Below are positions 51,771 through 64,000 of a DNA stretch of 64,000 bases, piece after piece. The notes under the pieces were generated by a model. The model was not told the DNA's origin, made no database searches, and worked only from the letters and a program-made list of their open reading frames with translations. This DNA comes from Camelus ferus (taxonomy: Eukaryota). The DNA is taken from contig NC_045696.1 in the NCBI RefSeq assembly GCF_009834535.1, positions 96,226,001 through 96,290,000 of the forward strand. Reading direction: 5' to 3'. The translations under genes and the position numbers were made by a program. Each line of letters opens with the position of its first letter. Positions within the stretch are counted from its first letter, which is position 1.

Positions 51771-53275
51771 CACCTCCCCCACAGCCTGGGTGAAGTCACT
51801 CGTTCACAGGGAGCTTAGAGCCAGGATCTCCAGTTCTCACAAACATTTCCAGTTCTGTTTTTTTTTTTTTTTTTCTTCTTCTTCTTAGTAAATACTCTCA
51901 ATATACATATATTTACTTATAATTTCTATGCCCATACTACCATAACAATTATGTTCATTATAAAACTTAGATAAAATGGAGCTGCTTAAAATGTGGGGTT
52001 TTTAAAAAAATATTATCTACATAGAAGTTCTAATAGTTTCTTCTCATTCCCCAATGGCTAATCTCAAGCACCAACTCTGGAGGCAACTGTGCCTTAAAGA
52101 GACGCTAAAAGTGTGATTCTATTCAAAAACATCAGACCTAACTTCTGCCCTTGATAAGACACTCATCATTTTCTTTTTGGGGTGCTGGTGAGCAACTTCA
52201 GTCTCTGCGGGTGAATGAGGCATATAGTTCTGAAGTTGGCCAGTTCATTCACTAGGAACTTAAACAGGCAGGCCAGCCACAAACCTGAAGGGGCTTCAGG
52301 GGACTTGGTAAAACTCTCACCAGTGAACCACGTCGTCTTGAGTCAACACTTAGTGTAAGAAGCTTCACAATCCAAAAAGACACCTTAAATTTTATCTCTA
52401 CTTTCCTTCCAGATATCTCACTTCTATGTATTAAAAAAAAACCAACTTAATGTTCTTGAGGTCTTTCATCTAAGAAAGTCTTTATTTCAAAGAGAGCGAC
52501 TTTAAGGTCTCCACCCCGCCAGAACACACACACACATAACATTCTAACCTGTGTAAAGAAGCAGAGAATTAGGCAGACTTATAATCAATGTGCTCTACAG
52601 AAATACTGGAGCACCTCTACTGAGACTCGCCACGAGTCAGAAAATACACCCAGCCTGTTCCTCACGCTCAGCATCCTACTTGGCATCAGCAGTCTTGAAC
52701 CTCATCTTTGAGAAGCAAGGTGCTGACGTACAAATTACTTCAAGAAGAATAACCTGGAACAAGTTCACATCAGGTTCACATAAAGGTAAGGATAAGGAAA
52801 GGTTTCAGGTTGCTGTTTTATCTCTTCTGTCCTCATGCATTCCCAAAGGCTAATATGAGAATCAAAGATATTTATAATCAGTTAATTATACAGTGTTCAT
52901 TCGTACAACATAGGGAAATACAGCCATTATTTGGTAATAACTTTAAATGGAGAATAAGCTATAAATACAGTCAATCACTATGCTGTACACCAGAAACTAA
53001 TATAATATTATAAATCAATTATCCTTCAATAAGTAAATCAACTAATTACATTAAATAACGTGTTCCTTCAAAATGGGTACCATGTGTTAAAATTTACCTC
53101 TGCCTTCCTGGTGCCTAGCACAACCTGGATAAACCATACATACTTCCCATTGTAAAAAGAAGAGAAACTTTATATTTCTCTCAAAATAAGAGTGAAAAAA
53201 CATTATTGAAAACTCTGTGCTAGTGGAGCATTTTAATAATGAAATATTGCTAGGAAAGCGTAAGATAAAAACTGT

Positions 53276-53750
53276 CTGTGATGGTTAATTTCACATGTCA
53301 ACTTGGCTGGCTACGGTACCCAGTTTTCCAGTCAAACTCCAGTGGAGATGTTGCTGTGAAGGTATTTTTTTCAAATGTGAGTAACATTTAAATCAGTAAA
53401 CTTTGAATAAAGCAGACAATCCACTATAATGCAGGTGGGCCTCATCCAATCAGCTGAAGGCCTTAAGAGAAAAGACAGGTTCCCACCTTCCCGCCCCTCA
53501 TCCCCCCCCAACCCACCCCCACCCCCCGAGGAAGAAGGAATTCTGCCTCCAGACTCAAGCTTGTGACATTAACTCTTCCCTGGGTCTCCAGCCTACTGGC
53601 CTGCCCTGCACATTTCACACTTGCCAACCTCTACAATCATGTGAGCCAATTCCTCAGAATAAACTTCTCTCTTACTTTTATATAATATAATATAATATAT
53701 ATGTAAACTTTTCCCCTATTGGTTCTGTTTCTCTGGAGACTCCTAATACA
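53276..53750 (+). mobile_element. MLT2-type (ERVL) solo LTR
   Basis: Starts tgtgatggttaatttcacatgtcaacttggctgg and ends ttggttctgtttctctggagactcctaataca. Confidence 0.8.
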
Positions 53751-54144
53751 CCGTCTATAGATTTTTCAAACACCATGACCACAAGTATTCATTCACTGCT
53801 CTCTGATTGGGAGAATGTATTTTAATATTTAGCCTAAGTTAAAGCCAAAATAAAGACCAATCACTAGATGAAGGATATTCTCTTAAAACTAAAAGGATGG
53901 GGAGTGGTGATAAAAGGGCCAAGAGAAATCTTTCCAACCAATACACTTAGACAGACCAACCCAAAGGACATTTCATTTTAATGGTGGGTTATTTCAGCAC
54001 AACAGCAGAATGATTTCAGGGTATGGATGCCTTCATAAGGTATTACACTTCATAGAAAAGGCTTTACAGGAATTTACTAAACAAAAAAGAAGAAAATATG
54101 CTAAGAAAATAAAAGGTGAAAAGAAGAAAAGAAATGTTAACTAC

Positions 54145-54281
54145 CTCTTGGTTATCTTTGTTTTGGTTTGCCCAGAAAATCTTATGGTAAAGCGTCTCCA
54201 TTGAGTTGCTGGAATCAGTTCGGTCAAAACAGTGTCGATCCAACACCTCCAACGTGTGCAAAACCCGACTAATGGTCACCC
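54145..54281 (-). CDS. MED12L: MED12L coding exon (137 nt; VTISRVLHTLEVLDRHCFDR..NKDNQE)
   Basis: tag|GG..GAG|gtagtt, phase 1 to 0. Confidence 0.96.
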
Positions 54282-54603
54282 CTAGATGCAGAAATGAAGG
54301 AGGTAGTTAAAGAGGCCAAACAAAGCCAGAACAGCATAGTACACAATCATCATCACGTGGGGCAAAAAGGAATTTTAAGCAATTATCATTCTCAGCATAA
54401 AAGAATTGCCAATAAAACAAAACGTGACATTCTAGACAGCCAGTATCTAAAGGGCATAGACTGAAGGATGCCCTCAAAATTCACTAGGTGTCTCTGTCCA
54501 AAAGCGTCCTTACGCAGTATGTGCACTGATTTACAAGAATCAGAAACGCGGCAGGAAGTCCAACGTTCACAAGCACTCCTCCTTCTGTGGTGGTGTTCTG
54601 TAC

Positions 54604-54703
54604 CTGCTGTTGACTCCTGGCACTTGTCAAAAGACCACCGAACTTCCACTGCACGGCCTCTTTGTTTTATCTGCTGTTCTACCTCATAAATCCTTGCCCG
54701 AAC
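54604..54703 (-). CDS. MED12L: MED12L coding exon (100 nt; [33 protein letters not shown])
   Basis: cag|GTT..CAG|gtacag, phase 0 to 1. Confidence 0.96.
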
Positions 54704-55512
54704 CTGAAAGATAATCGCTTCTAATTAACTTGCGCCTGGAAAGCCACAGCGGCTGTCTAAATCATGTCAGCCTTTTCCACATGAGCAGGGCATCCTACAG
54801 TGAACTACGGTCTTGACTGCATTGTGGGAAATCCAGCTTGTCACCCAAGAAGTGTATTTTAAAATTGACAAGTGCTGACTCAATGCCGGTTTTCAAAAAT
54901 AAATGCTTGCAAAAAAAAAAAAAAAAAAAAAAAAAAACAAAACTTTACAAGTGGAATATTTTTAGGACATCATACAGAAAGGTGAAGGTTCTAAAGTATC
55001 ATCTTTGAGCGTTTCTTCTATGTATGAAAGCAACCGGACACGTTTTATTAATTTAAGAAAATTGCTTGGTAAAACAAAACACAGCCCTTATTCTAAATAT
55101 GAGCCATGATCCTGTGGTTCAAATTACTTCAGTCTTTGAACCAAATAATCCAGCACTAATAAAAAACATATAATAGTCTAGATATTCAGTAGCTGTTACC
55201 TCTATGGCACATTACTACACTAATGTATAGACTACTAAGATCGGGTATCGTGGTCACGGGTTAGAGCCACCACAGTTATCATGGGGGTGGGCTGGGGGGA
55301 CCCTGCAAGAACAGCCCGGCACCGGGGTGAGAAGAAAAGGAGTGACATGGTGAACCTGTGAGTTCAGAGAGGCTGCGTACCTCCCCGACCCCGGCCACCT
55401 GGGGGCAGGGCTGGGACAACGATCTGAGGCTGCTGAAACCCAGGCTCGGCCTGCACTGCCGGGACACCTCTCAAGAATGAAAACACCCAACAAACCGTAA
55501 CAGAAAGTCTAC

Positions 55513-55662
55513 CTGCTGGTTGAAGGCCGTGTTCCCACCCGGCATGGGGAGGCAGGAGGGGGCCACCTGCAGCAGATCGAGGGGCGAGCCTGGGTTCGCG
55601 CTCTTACTGTCGTTTGTGGAGTAATTCCACACCAAGGCACTTGGGCAACAGAGAGTAACAGT
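55513..55662 (-). CDS. MED12L: MED12L coding exon (150 nt; [31 protein letters not shown])
   Basis: cag|ACT..CAG|gtagac, phase 0/0. Confidence 0.96.
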
Positions 55663-58380
55663 CTGGAAATGGAGCAGAAAATCCAGATGTTTAGAGGAAG
55701 GAGAAAAGTATCACGAAAGCTTGAGGATTAAAAAGTGACATCCGGTTTCCTGACTAAATTATTGTTTCCTACCGGTGAGTTTAAAATATGAATGTCTTAA
55801 TTCATTCTCAACTTTTCCAGTGATAAGATAAAACTAAGATGGAATTATTAACTTGAACAGGAGGAAATACAGCTACTGAGAAATTAAGGAATATTATCAT
55901 TTATATGCTAAATTCTAGCACAGGAAGCCTAGGAAACTTCCTAAAATGCTGTAATCATCACCTAAAAATTGTCACTTAAAACAGGTTTTTAAATGCAATT
56001 TAAACATGAGACAAAATTAGAATATATAATTTCTAGGTTGTAAAAACCTAGAAAGTAAAATTTTTTCCTCTCAAATAATGGTGCGATAAGTAGCCTCTCA
56101 AATGCTAGGCAGGTAGTAACCCTGGGCCATCGGGGGGTCAAACTTTCCTATAAAAAGCCAGACAGTAAACGATTCAAGCCTTTCAGGCCACCGAGAGTCC
56201 CTGTCACACAGTCTCCTTTTGCGTTTTAATCACTGACTGATGTGTAAAACCTATTCTGAGCTTGTGGGCTGGACCTGACCTACAGGCTGTCACCTGTGTT
56301 CCCCGACTTAGGCCCCTGCAGATACTGTCCACTCAACCAGCCTGCACGAAGCACCGTCTGTGACCGTCTTACTCAGGCATCACAACCCCGTGAGGGAGGG
56401 AGTGTCATTCCCTGACTGTACCCAACAGAAACACGAGCCACAGAGGAGACACGGAGCCAGCCCAAGGTGATGTCAGCACCTTAACACGGCTCCTCGCCCA
56501 CCACTCAGCGGATCACCCGTGGCCACCACATTCTCAAATAGTAGTTTCAGCCATCGTCCTACCAGACGTCCCCGGTCCACTGGGCTCTGCCCACAAGTAA
56601 CTCCTGGGGACTTTCTGCGCTACCCAGAGCAGTTTGGCACCGTGGTTAAGAGTGTGGACTGTGGATCCAGACTGGGTGTGGATTCTAGCTCTGTCACTTA
56701 CTTGCAGTGTGACCTGTGTCTCCATTTCACTATTCCTGTTACAGGAATAACACTGATTTCCTATCTCATAGGGTGGTTCTGAGAACTGAATGACTCAATA
56801 TATGCCACAGCTTACAACAGTGCCTGGAGCGCAGTGAATGTCATTAATATGATTATAACCAAATTATGACAATATTATTCTGGTCATCTTTGGGTTTTTT
56901 TCTTTTTTTTTAACAGACTATTTTTTTAGAGCAGTTTCAGGCCCACAGCAGAACTGAGTAGAAAACACAGAGTTCCCACATAGCCCTCCCCAGCCACACA
57001 CACATACTCTCCTACCCTCAGCATCCCTCATCAGTTGGCATATTTGGTCATCATCTTTGTTTCTTTAACAACCCTCTCCCCCATTCTTCTCTCTCCAGTC
57101 TGGCCAGCCTTTCCTGGGCATCTCTGTGAACGTCCCCTCTACAAACTCTGACCCCGGGTGCCTCTCAGGTTCATAGGTCAGCCTTCACACTAACTCTCTA
57201 GGTAATCTCACCCCATCTCAGGGTCTTGACCAGCCAAGCAGCCCTGAGTGACTCAAATCCACACATCTGGCCAGTTGTCAGCCCTCATCTTCAGAATCAG
57301 ACACAGAACCACTTCTTGAACGTATCCACGTGGAGATCAGATCTCAAGGGATAAAACCATCTAAAATAGCCCAAAGTTGCTCAAGCCAGCCGCCTTCTTG
57401 TCTTTGCCTCTCCCTCCCTGACCTCCCCACCCCCAAAGATCTTCTCTCTACTGTGGCCAGAACAATCTAACAAAAACACACAACTGACCATGTCACTTCC
57501 TGCACAAAACCACCTTCAGTGACACCCCCTACCCCAATCATAAGGCACACAGCGGTCTTCTATGCCCTGATCGCCAACAGGTCTCATACTTTATATTCCA
57601 TTAAAACCAACCTGCCCACCAGGTGACTGATCAACCCTCTGGGCCTTTCTCCATGCTGTTCCCCCTGCCAGGAACACTCCTACCACATTTTTTTTTTTAA
57701 TCCATATTATAAGCACTAGTCAGGACCGCTTTCTCCAGAAAAATCTCCCTGAATTCTAGGTTGGACTAGAAGTTGCACTTCTCAACGTGCTGAGCCCCCT
57801 AAGCATTGCTCCGCCAGCCCCTTGTCACAGGATGTGGAAGCAGCTCATCATGAGTGCGTCTGTGCTCCTGACAAGCCAGTAAACTCCACCATGGTGGAGA
57901 CCCTGTCTCCATGGCCAGCCCTGTCCCAAAGCCCCTTTGTAAAGAGCAGGCCGCACTGAGAGCCAAGAAATGTGACCTGAACACCACCCGTGAGCTCCTC
58001 TAGGGCAGGGCTGCACCTCACGCCCGACAGCATCAGCCCATGGCCCACATGCTCTTGGACTTTCAAAGCACCCCGCAAGCGATGACGCCTGGCTGGTGAG
58101 CAGAGCCTCGTGAACTATTTGGATTTTTAAGAAACAGAGAAAGAAGGCAACCAACTCAAGCAGTGGACTGAGGAAGCCACAGCTGCTGCACGGAGAAGCC
58201 GTCTCTCTGGAAGGACAGGAACACAGCTGCCTTGTTCTGTGGGCTCCCTGAACAACTTTCAATCACAGAACTACCTAACAGTCCTGATAAAGAACCACCA
58301 CGGTATCCTTACTTCTAGACAGAAGCAGCAAATCTCCTCTCGCCTTGACCTGACACAGGGTATAAAAACATGAAACCTCC

Positions 58381-58525
58381 GGCGGGGGTAGTGCATAGCT
58401 CTGTGGTGGAGCGCTTGCTTAGCGTGCATGAGGTCCTGGGTTCAATCCCCAGCACTTCCTCCAAGAATAAATAAATAAACCTAATTACCTCCCCCCAACC
58501 AAAAAAATAAATAAAATTTTCAAAA
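58381..58525 (+). mobile_element. tRNA-derived SINE (camelid-type)
   Basis: gcatagctctgtggtggagcgcttgcttagc..ggtcctgggttcaatccccag, degenerate TSD aaaaacatgaaacctcc / aaaaacctgaaacttcc. Confidence 0.85.
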
Positions 58526-58864
58526 AAACCTGAAACTTCCCCACCTGTAAAACCATAATATATAGTTTATGAAAAAACAAAGGCTACAGATCCTTTTGCA
58601 TGAATAAAAGCCCATTAGGGCAGATGAAACTGACATTTTTTAAGCCTTTCTGGTTAAATGAAAATTGTAATGGCAAACCAATTTACTAGCTTTGTGCAAC
58701 GTTATAATGGTAGAAGCAAAACACTAGCACATTGTGCTTGGCTTTTCAGGATGGCTTTAACACCTGTTACACTAAATGGACAGTGTGTGGTGAAGTGTAA
58801 TGTAAACGGCAACTCTTGCAAATTTACAATACTTAAATATGCTCAATTAACATTCTAAAGCATT

Positions 58865-59010
58865 GGGGGCGGTATAGGCAACTGGTAGAGTGTGTGCCTG
58901 GTGTGTATGAGGTCCTGGGTTCAATCCCCAGTAACTCCATTAAAAATAAATAAATAAATCAACAAACCTAATTACCTCCGCCCAACAAAAAAATAAAATT
59001 TAATTAAAAA
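58865..59010 (+). mobile_element. tRNA-derived SINE (camelid-type)
   Basis: gggggcggtataggcaactggtagag..ggtcctgggttcaatccccag, degenerate TSD acattctaaag / acattctgaag. Confidence 0.82.
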
Positions 59011-59468
59011 ATACATTCTGAAGTACTAAAAGTACAAAGTTGAAAAAACTAAGCAAGCATTCAGAACAATACTATGAAATCTCCAGTAACTGTTCTGATT
59101 GCTGCCTTTTGCTCTTCAGTGCAGCTTCTCTGCACTGTAATTACTGTACTGCTTTGTATTTCATGTTTTTTCTTTCTAACACCCATGACTTCAGAGTTAA
59201 GTACTTGTACACCAGGTATTGCAATCACCTTTCTCTTCTTGTACATTCAATACAACATACAGTTTTGGTGCTTAACAATATTCCTTTTTTTCTTTAATAA
59301 AAGATATTTATTGAGTTTTAAAAAAATAAACCATGAAACTTCCATCTATAGATTACTCGGATGAGGAAACCACTAGAGACATGACATGAACGTTGAAGAT
59401 GCAGCTCCCAGCTCAGCTGTTCCCTACACGGAGTGTTTAACACGGAACGGGAAGGCCCAGGGACTCAC

Positions 59469-59738
59469 CTGCAACATACAACTGAGCCCGTAAACCAGGG
59501 GGCCGTGCTGCGCACAGGAGAGGAAGTCTGAGAAGGCCAGCTGCACGGGGCTCATGCCGGGGCCCGGGGGGCCGGGGCTGGGGGCCCCGATGCTCGAGCT
59601 GTTCGCTCCTACCATCATGTGCGGCGAGTGGGCGGCTAGGAGGGTGGGGCTGTCACTCAGCAGCAGGGCGAGGCGCCGGGCACAGAAGTAGGCCAGACGA
59701 CGAGACAGGTAGGCCGACTGCACAAACTCATCTGAATA
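59469..59738 (-). CDS. MED12L: MED12L coding exon (270 nt; YSDEFVQSAYLSRRLAYFCARRL..GLSCMLQ)
   Basis: cag|TAT..CAG|gtgagt, phase 0/0. Confidence 0.97.
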
Positions 59739-59864
59739 CTGAGAAGCACAGGACACCAGACTCAGCCACGTCTTAGGCTCCTCGGTCAGAGAACCACTGC
59801 AATACAGACTTTTTTTTTCATTAAAAAAACAAAAACAAAAACAAACTTCAAAGGTACTGTCTAG

Positions 59865-60192
59865 ACCAGTGCCGTCCAATAGAAATATAATGCAAGCCAC
59901 AGGTGGGATTTTCAATTTTCTAGCAGCCATTAAAAAAAAAAAAAACAGGCAAAATTAAAAGAATGATGTATTTTATGTAGCCCAATATAGCTAAATCAAG
60001 AACGCTATCATTTCAACATGCTATCAACACAGAAAGCATTCATGAGATACTATTCGCTCCTTTTTTTCTGGACTAAGTCTGAAGCCTGGCGTGCAGGTTA
60101 TACTAAGAGCGCATCTCAGTGTGTGCTTGTCACATCTCAAGGGCTCAACAGGCACGTCTGGAAGGAGTGACTGACTGCAGAGGTCGGCACAG
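59865..60192. mobile_element. MER3/MER33-like DNA transposon
   Basis: cagtgccgtccaatagaaatataatgcaagccac..ttttctagcagcca..cacatctcaagggctcaa. Confidence 0.6.
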
Positions 60193-60813
60193 GCAGAGGC
60201 CACCTCAGGGAGGACACAGGACACCAGCAGCAGAACGGTGTGGTCTCTGGGAGGCACTAGGGTGACAAAGAATTACTTTTCACCAGATCCTCTTTCATGT
60301 GGTTTGAATCATCAAAAGCATGAATTACCTTTCCAAGAAATTTTTATTTTTTCAATAAGTTTCATCCAGATAGCCTAAATTTTAACAGATCTTAGACCAA
60401 TCACGAAAATAGGAAGCTCCCATGCCCAGTGGCTCAAAGAATATCAAAAGAATGGAGAAGGTCCTCTATATCCTTAGAAGGAGATGAATTGTTTTGTTTT
60501 CACAGAAACCTGTGTGAACAAGGAGACGGTATTTAAAGACCTGTTTGCTCAGCTCAGGGGTGGGGGAAATTACTGTGTGTGAGGACACTTGAAAAGGACA
60601 TGTGGATGAAAGCTACAAACACGGCCAATACAAATGCCTGCTAGACCTCAGGAGAAGCCCCTCATCACTTCATGTGCTGTAGCATCAGGACATTTTTTCC
60701 CTTCCATTTCAACAAGAAATTCTGTCCTCTTCCACCTCTACTTACCTAGTCATTCTTATCAGACTCAGTTCTTGCCCATAAAATCAACTGGCTCACAGTT
60801 ACGTGTACTGTAC

Positions 60814-60924
60814 CTGCAGCATCAGTGGTAATAAGAGTTTAAGAAGGTCATCGTCCATTGGTCTGATCTTTTCTAAGACGTCCAAGATCCACGTCAAATA
60901 TTCATGTTTCTCTAGCATTCCTTC
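60814..60924 (-). CDS. MED12L: MED12L coding exon (111 nt; [37 protein letters not shown])
   Basis: aag|GAA..CAG|gtacag, phase 0/0. Confidence 0.96.
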
Positions 60925-63493
60925 CTTAAATGAACAAAGAAAAAGGACGCTAATGATGTTAAAGCAAAACCAACTAAAATTTTAAAAAAAGAGCACTGTT
61001 ATTTTTACGCTTAAGTGTAATTTTACTATTCTTTGTTGTTGTTGTTGTAGTAAAACATGGCCTCATTAATCAAAGTCCAAGTCTCAAAAAAAGTGAAGAA
61101 CTAGTGTTATTCTGTACGGCTGGCTTCCAGGGTTTCTTTGGTTTTGGTTTTTGCTTATCTGTTTCAGTCTAAATTGATGATAATTAATTCCCACAAGAAA
61201 GAAAATTCAGAATCTTTCATACCACCAGGGCATGCCTAACTAGACTTCATGGTAACAGGAACTCACCCTCACAGGAGGAAACTTGGCCCCTGGTGGTAAC
61301 TATAAAGAACAAAAAGCAACCATCACACCTTCATCTTGACAAGAGGCTGAAAATCCCATCAGATCCAGTGCCCCCCAGTAGCCTCCTTCTCTCTCCTAAA
61401 ATGAATTTCAGATACCATAACCTACCTATAAATATAACCTTAAAAATGAATATAATGGTCTAACTGTAACATAAAGAAATGAAAGGAACTGATAATAAAA
61501 TGATGTATAAATATTCCAACATAGCTACACTAAAAAATAACACACCCACAAACTTCTAAAATGCCCCCCAGGGTTGGTGCAGCCCCTCCTGACATAAGCA
61601 CTGTTAACATTTTCATCTGCTGCCTTCATATACCCATACATATAAATACACATTCTTTATGACATTCCATGTGCATACATATTTATGTCTTATTATAGCT
61701 TTGTATTATGATTCACATGATAGAAGAATCTTCAAGACAGAAATAAAGAGCTATGCTCTCTGGGAAAGACACTCACAATTTTAGTCATTCCAGTAACAAC
61801 GTTAGTAGTTAACATGAAGTCCCACTTTGTTCCTAGCGACTTGACCTATACTATGCAGCCCCAGTGGTCCACTGCCATGATTATCGATGATTCGTATAAA
61901 AATATACTGATAAATTAGTTTCTATGTTTAAAACATTACAGTGACACCACACTGATAGGACAAGATGTCAAAGTATTTACTTATTGCTAGTTTCCAATTT
62001 TAAAAACGCTTACTAATGAAAAAGCATACAAAAACAAATATATGTATGTTTATGCATGACTGGGACATCGTGCTGTACACCAGAAACTGCCACATTGTGA
62101 CTGATGGTACTTCAAAATAAATAAATTAAACTCTTACAGTCAAAAAAGAGTTACAAGACTAGCCACAGGAAAACTGCAATTTAAAATTTTCAGACCAGTA
62201 AACTTTAAGAAATAAATAAAATGGAACTTTGCATTAAGGTATAAGAGACTGTGAATGAGAGGTTCCAAAGAAAGAGAATCTTTGTAAGCATGACTTCCCA
62301 TGACTACATAATGTCCATCCTCAAGATGCTTGTTATGAACCTGCACCTTGATTTCTGCACATGCATGTCTGCACATGTGTATGCTAGAGGCAGTTTCACA
62401 TTTCAGTATACGGTGAATTAAAATACAATGAAATTTAAAATTTTAACATTAATATCCCAGTTAGGTTCATCAGTTTAGGACCTGCTTCCTATAAAAAAGA
62501 GATACTGACTTCACTGTTCCTAATACACAAAGTAATCCTTCCAAAGATATTAAGCATGCTGAGAGACACTTTTTCAGAGACACAGACTAAATCCTCAGCT
62601 CTATAAAAGTCATAAAAGCTCAGAGCAGGACCAAAGCAGTTCTCTGATAGATCGAACTAGAATTCATAAGAACGGTTTTTACCAACTTAAAACTAACAAT
62701 GCCACTTCCTAAAGAACCAGGCATTTTCCTACTTCGACCCCTAAGAAAAAGTTGCTTACCATCTGGAAATTATAATTAAAGTTCTAAGGAGGCAATTTAG
62801 TAACCACACATCCTTTGTACTTCCTTCTTCTTTGATCAAGACAGCAATTTCAGCTGAATACACTTTTCCTTCCTCCTTGTCAGGAGAAAAGATCAAGGCA
62901 AATAATGGCACAAGCGCCCTCTTCTGGTCACTATGATGTATATCAGCGTGTCGGAATGAGCGGTCACTCATTCCTCCATGCCCGTACCCCTCCCCTCAAT
63001 GGCATTTTTTATTTTTTTATTTTTTAAATTCCATACTGCTTGACAGTTTTCAAAACTTTCTCACATGTGATCAACTGCATTTTAAACTGCAGGTGAACAA
63101 AACTAAGACGACCTTTCTTTGGAATAACGAAGCTCTAAAGGAGATCTCAACAAGACAGGATGCACAAAATTATTTTTTAATAAATCTCTAATTTTTGCAA
63201 AACAAAAGGTTTAGGAGGATTACATTTAATAGCATAATTACAAAGCAATTAGACATTTAAAAAGCTGACATCATTGAAAGCATTGTGATCAATATGTACA
63301 ACGGGAAGCTGTCATCTCAGGGCAAAGGTGTTATACCTTTAATATAAGTCAATGTGAGAAATGTCAGGTGGCTTTTTTGAATGTATTCATCCATATAAGA
63401 ATATATTTTAACCCCTTGCAAAAAGCAAACTATAAGGAATCTCTTCTCCTCTTAAAAGCATGCTAACAGCCTTGCGTTTCGTGGGAGGGTTAC

Positions 63494-63663
63494 CTGGAAC
63501 ATGTGAAATGCCAGCTTTTCGTTATACTCCCACTGCTTCATAGCTTGCTCCACATCTGGCGGCACAGGGACAGGGCCGTCCCCTGTGCTGGAAGCCATGT
63601 GGTAAAAGTCGGAAATCTTGGCCAACTGCTCTCGAAGATACCTGGTAGAAATTTGTGTCCACT
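63494..63663 (-). CDS. MED12L: MED12L coding exon (170 nt; EWTQISTRYLREQLAKISDFY..YNEKLAFHMFQ); the gene continues beyond both window ends
   Basis: cag|AG..CAG|gtaacc, phase 1 to 0. Confidence 0.96.
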
Positions 63664-64000
63664 CTGCATGTAAACAAACAAACAAAAGTCCATTTCCAGA
63701 CAGGATGATTGTAAGACCTAACTTTCTCTCCCTCTTTCCGGTTACCTTAAGGATGTACTTATAAAATAAAACATCTATTACACAAAAATGGCTTTGGCAT
63801 ACATATGCAAGCATTGTTCAGAAAGGCACTCCTGCCACAAAGCCCTTAAGTAATGACACCTGCCCCACTTGGCCAGCAGGGGTGCTGGCCAGCTCTCCCC
63901 TTGTGCCTCTGTGACCCCCTAGCCTAGAAGAGATGGCTACACTCGTAGTAAGTGTTATCTGGTGATCCTCTGTGTTAATTAATAGCACAATAAAAATATC

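Noticed and set aside
56030..56054. 10-bp inverted repeat tttctaggtt/aacctagaaa
   Set aside because: Too short for a pre-miRNA. Plausible by chance in 64 kb.
58381..58455. tRNA-like sequence with A/B boxes
   Set aside because: SINE head (tail, TSD, multiple diverged copies), not a functional tRNA.
63870..63891. tggccagca-gggg-tgctggcca, resembling a CTCF site or hairpin
   Set aside because: One G short of the CTCF core register. A 9-bp stem alone is not significant.

Overview
Mammalian genomic DNA, probably camelid judging by the tRNA-derived SINE and L1 3'-end types. It is not prokaryotic: there is no CRISPR array, operon or rRNA. The minus strand carries 11 consecutive coding exons of MED12L (63663 down to 33310), all GT-AG with consistent phases. 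Positions 1-33309 lie inside the very large downstream MED12L intron, which holds two antisense-nested P2Y12-family GPCR genes on the plus strand: P2RY14 (CDS 12609-13630) and GPR171 (CDS 28150-29112, intact). This nested arrangement is known. As assembled, P2RY14 has two +1 frameshifts that look like heterozygous-SNP consensus artefacts. The most interesting less-obvious signals are candidate alternative MED12L exons: a 27-nt in-frame microexon with an SRRM4-type 3' splice site, a 45-nt in-frame exon flanked by RBFOX motifs, and a 51-nt exon that creates a stop at its junction. There are also three TSD-flanked retrocopies (a U2 5' fragment, an mRNA 3'-end fragment and a chimeric L1/MER58 insert) and a near-consensus CTCF site. 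I found no evidence of a wholly new biological system. Gene and repeat identities come from recognition, not database searches.
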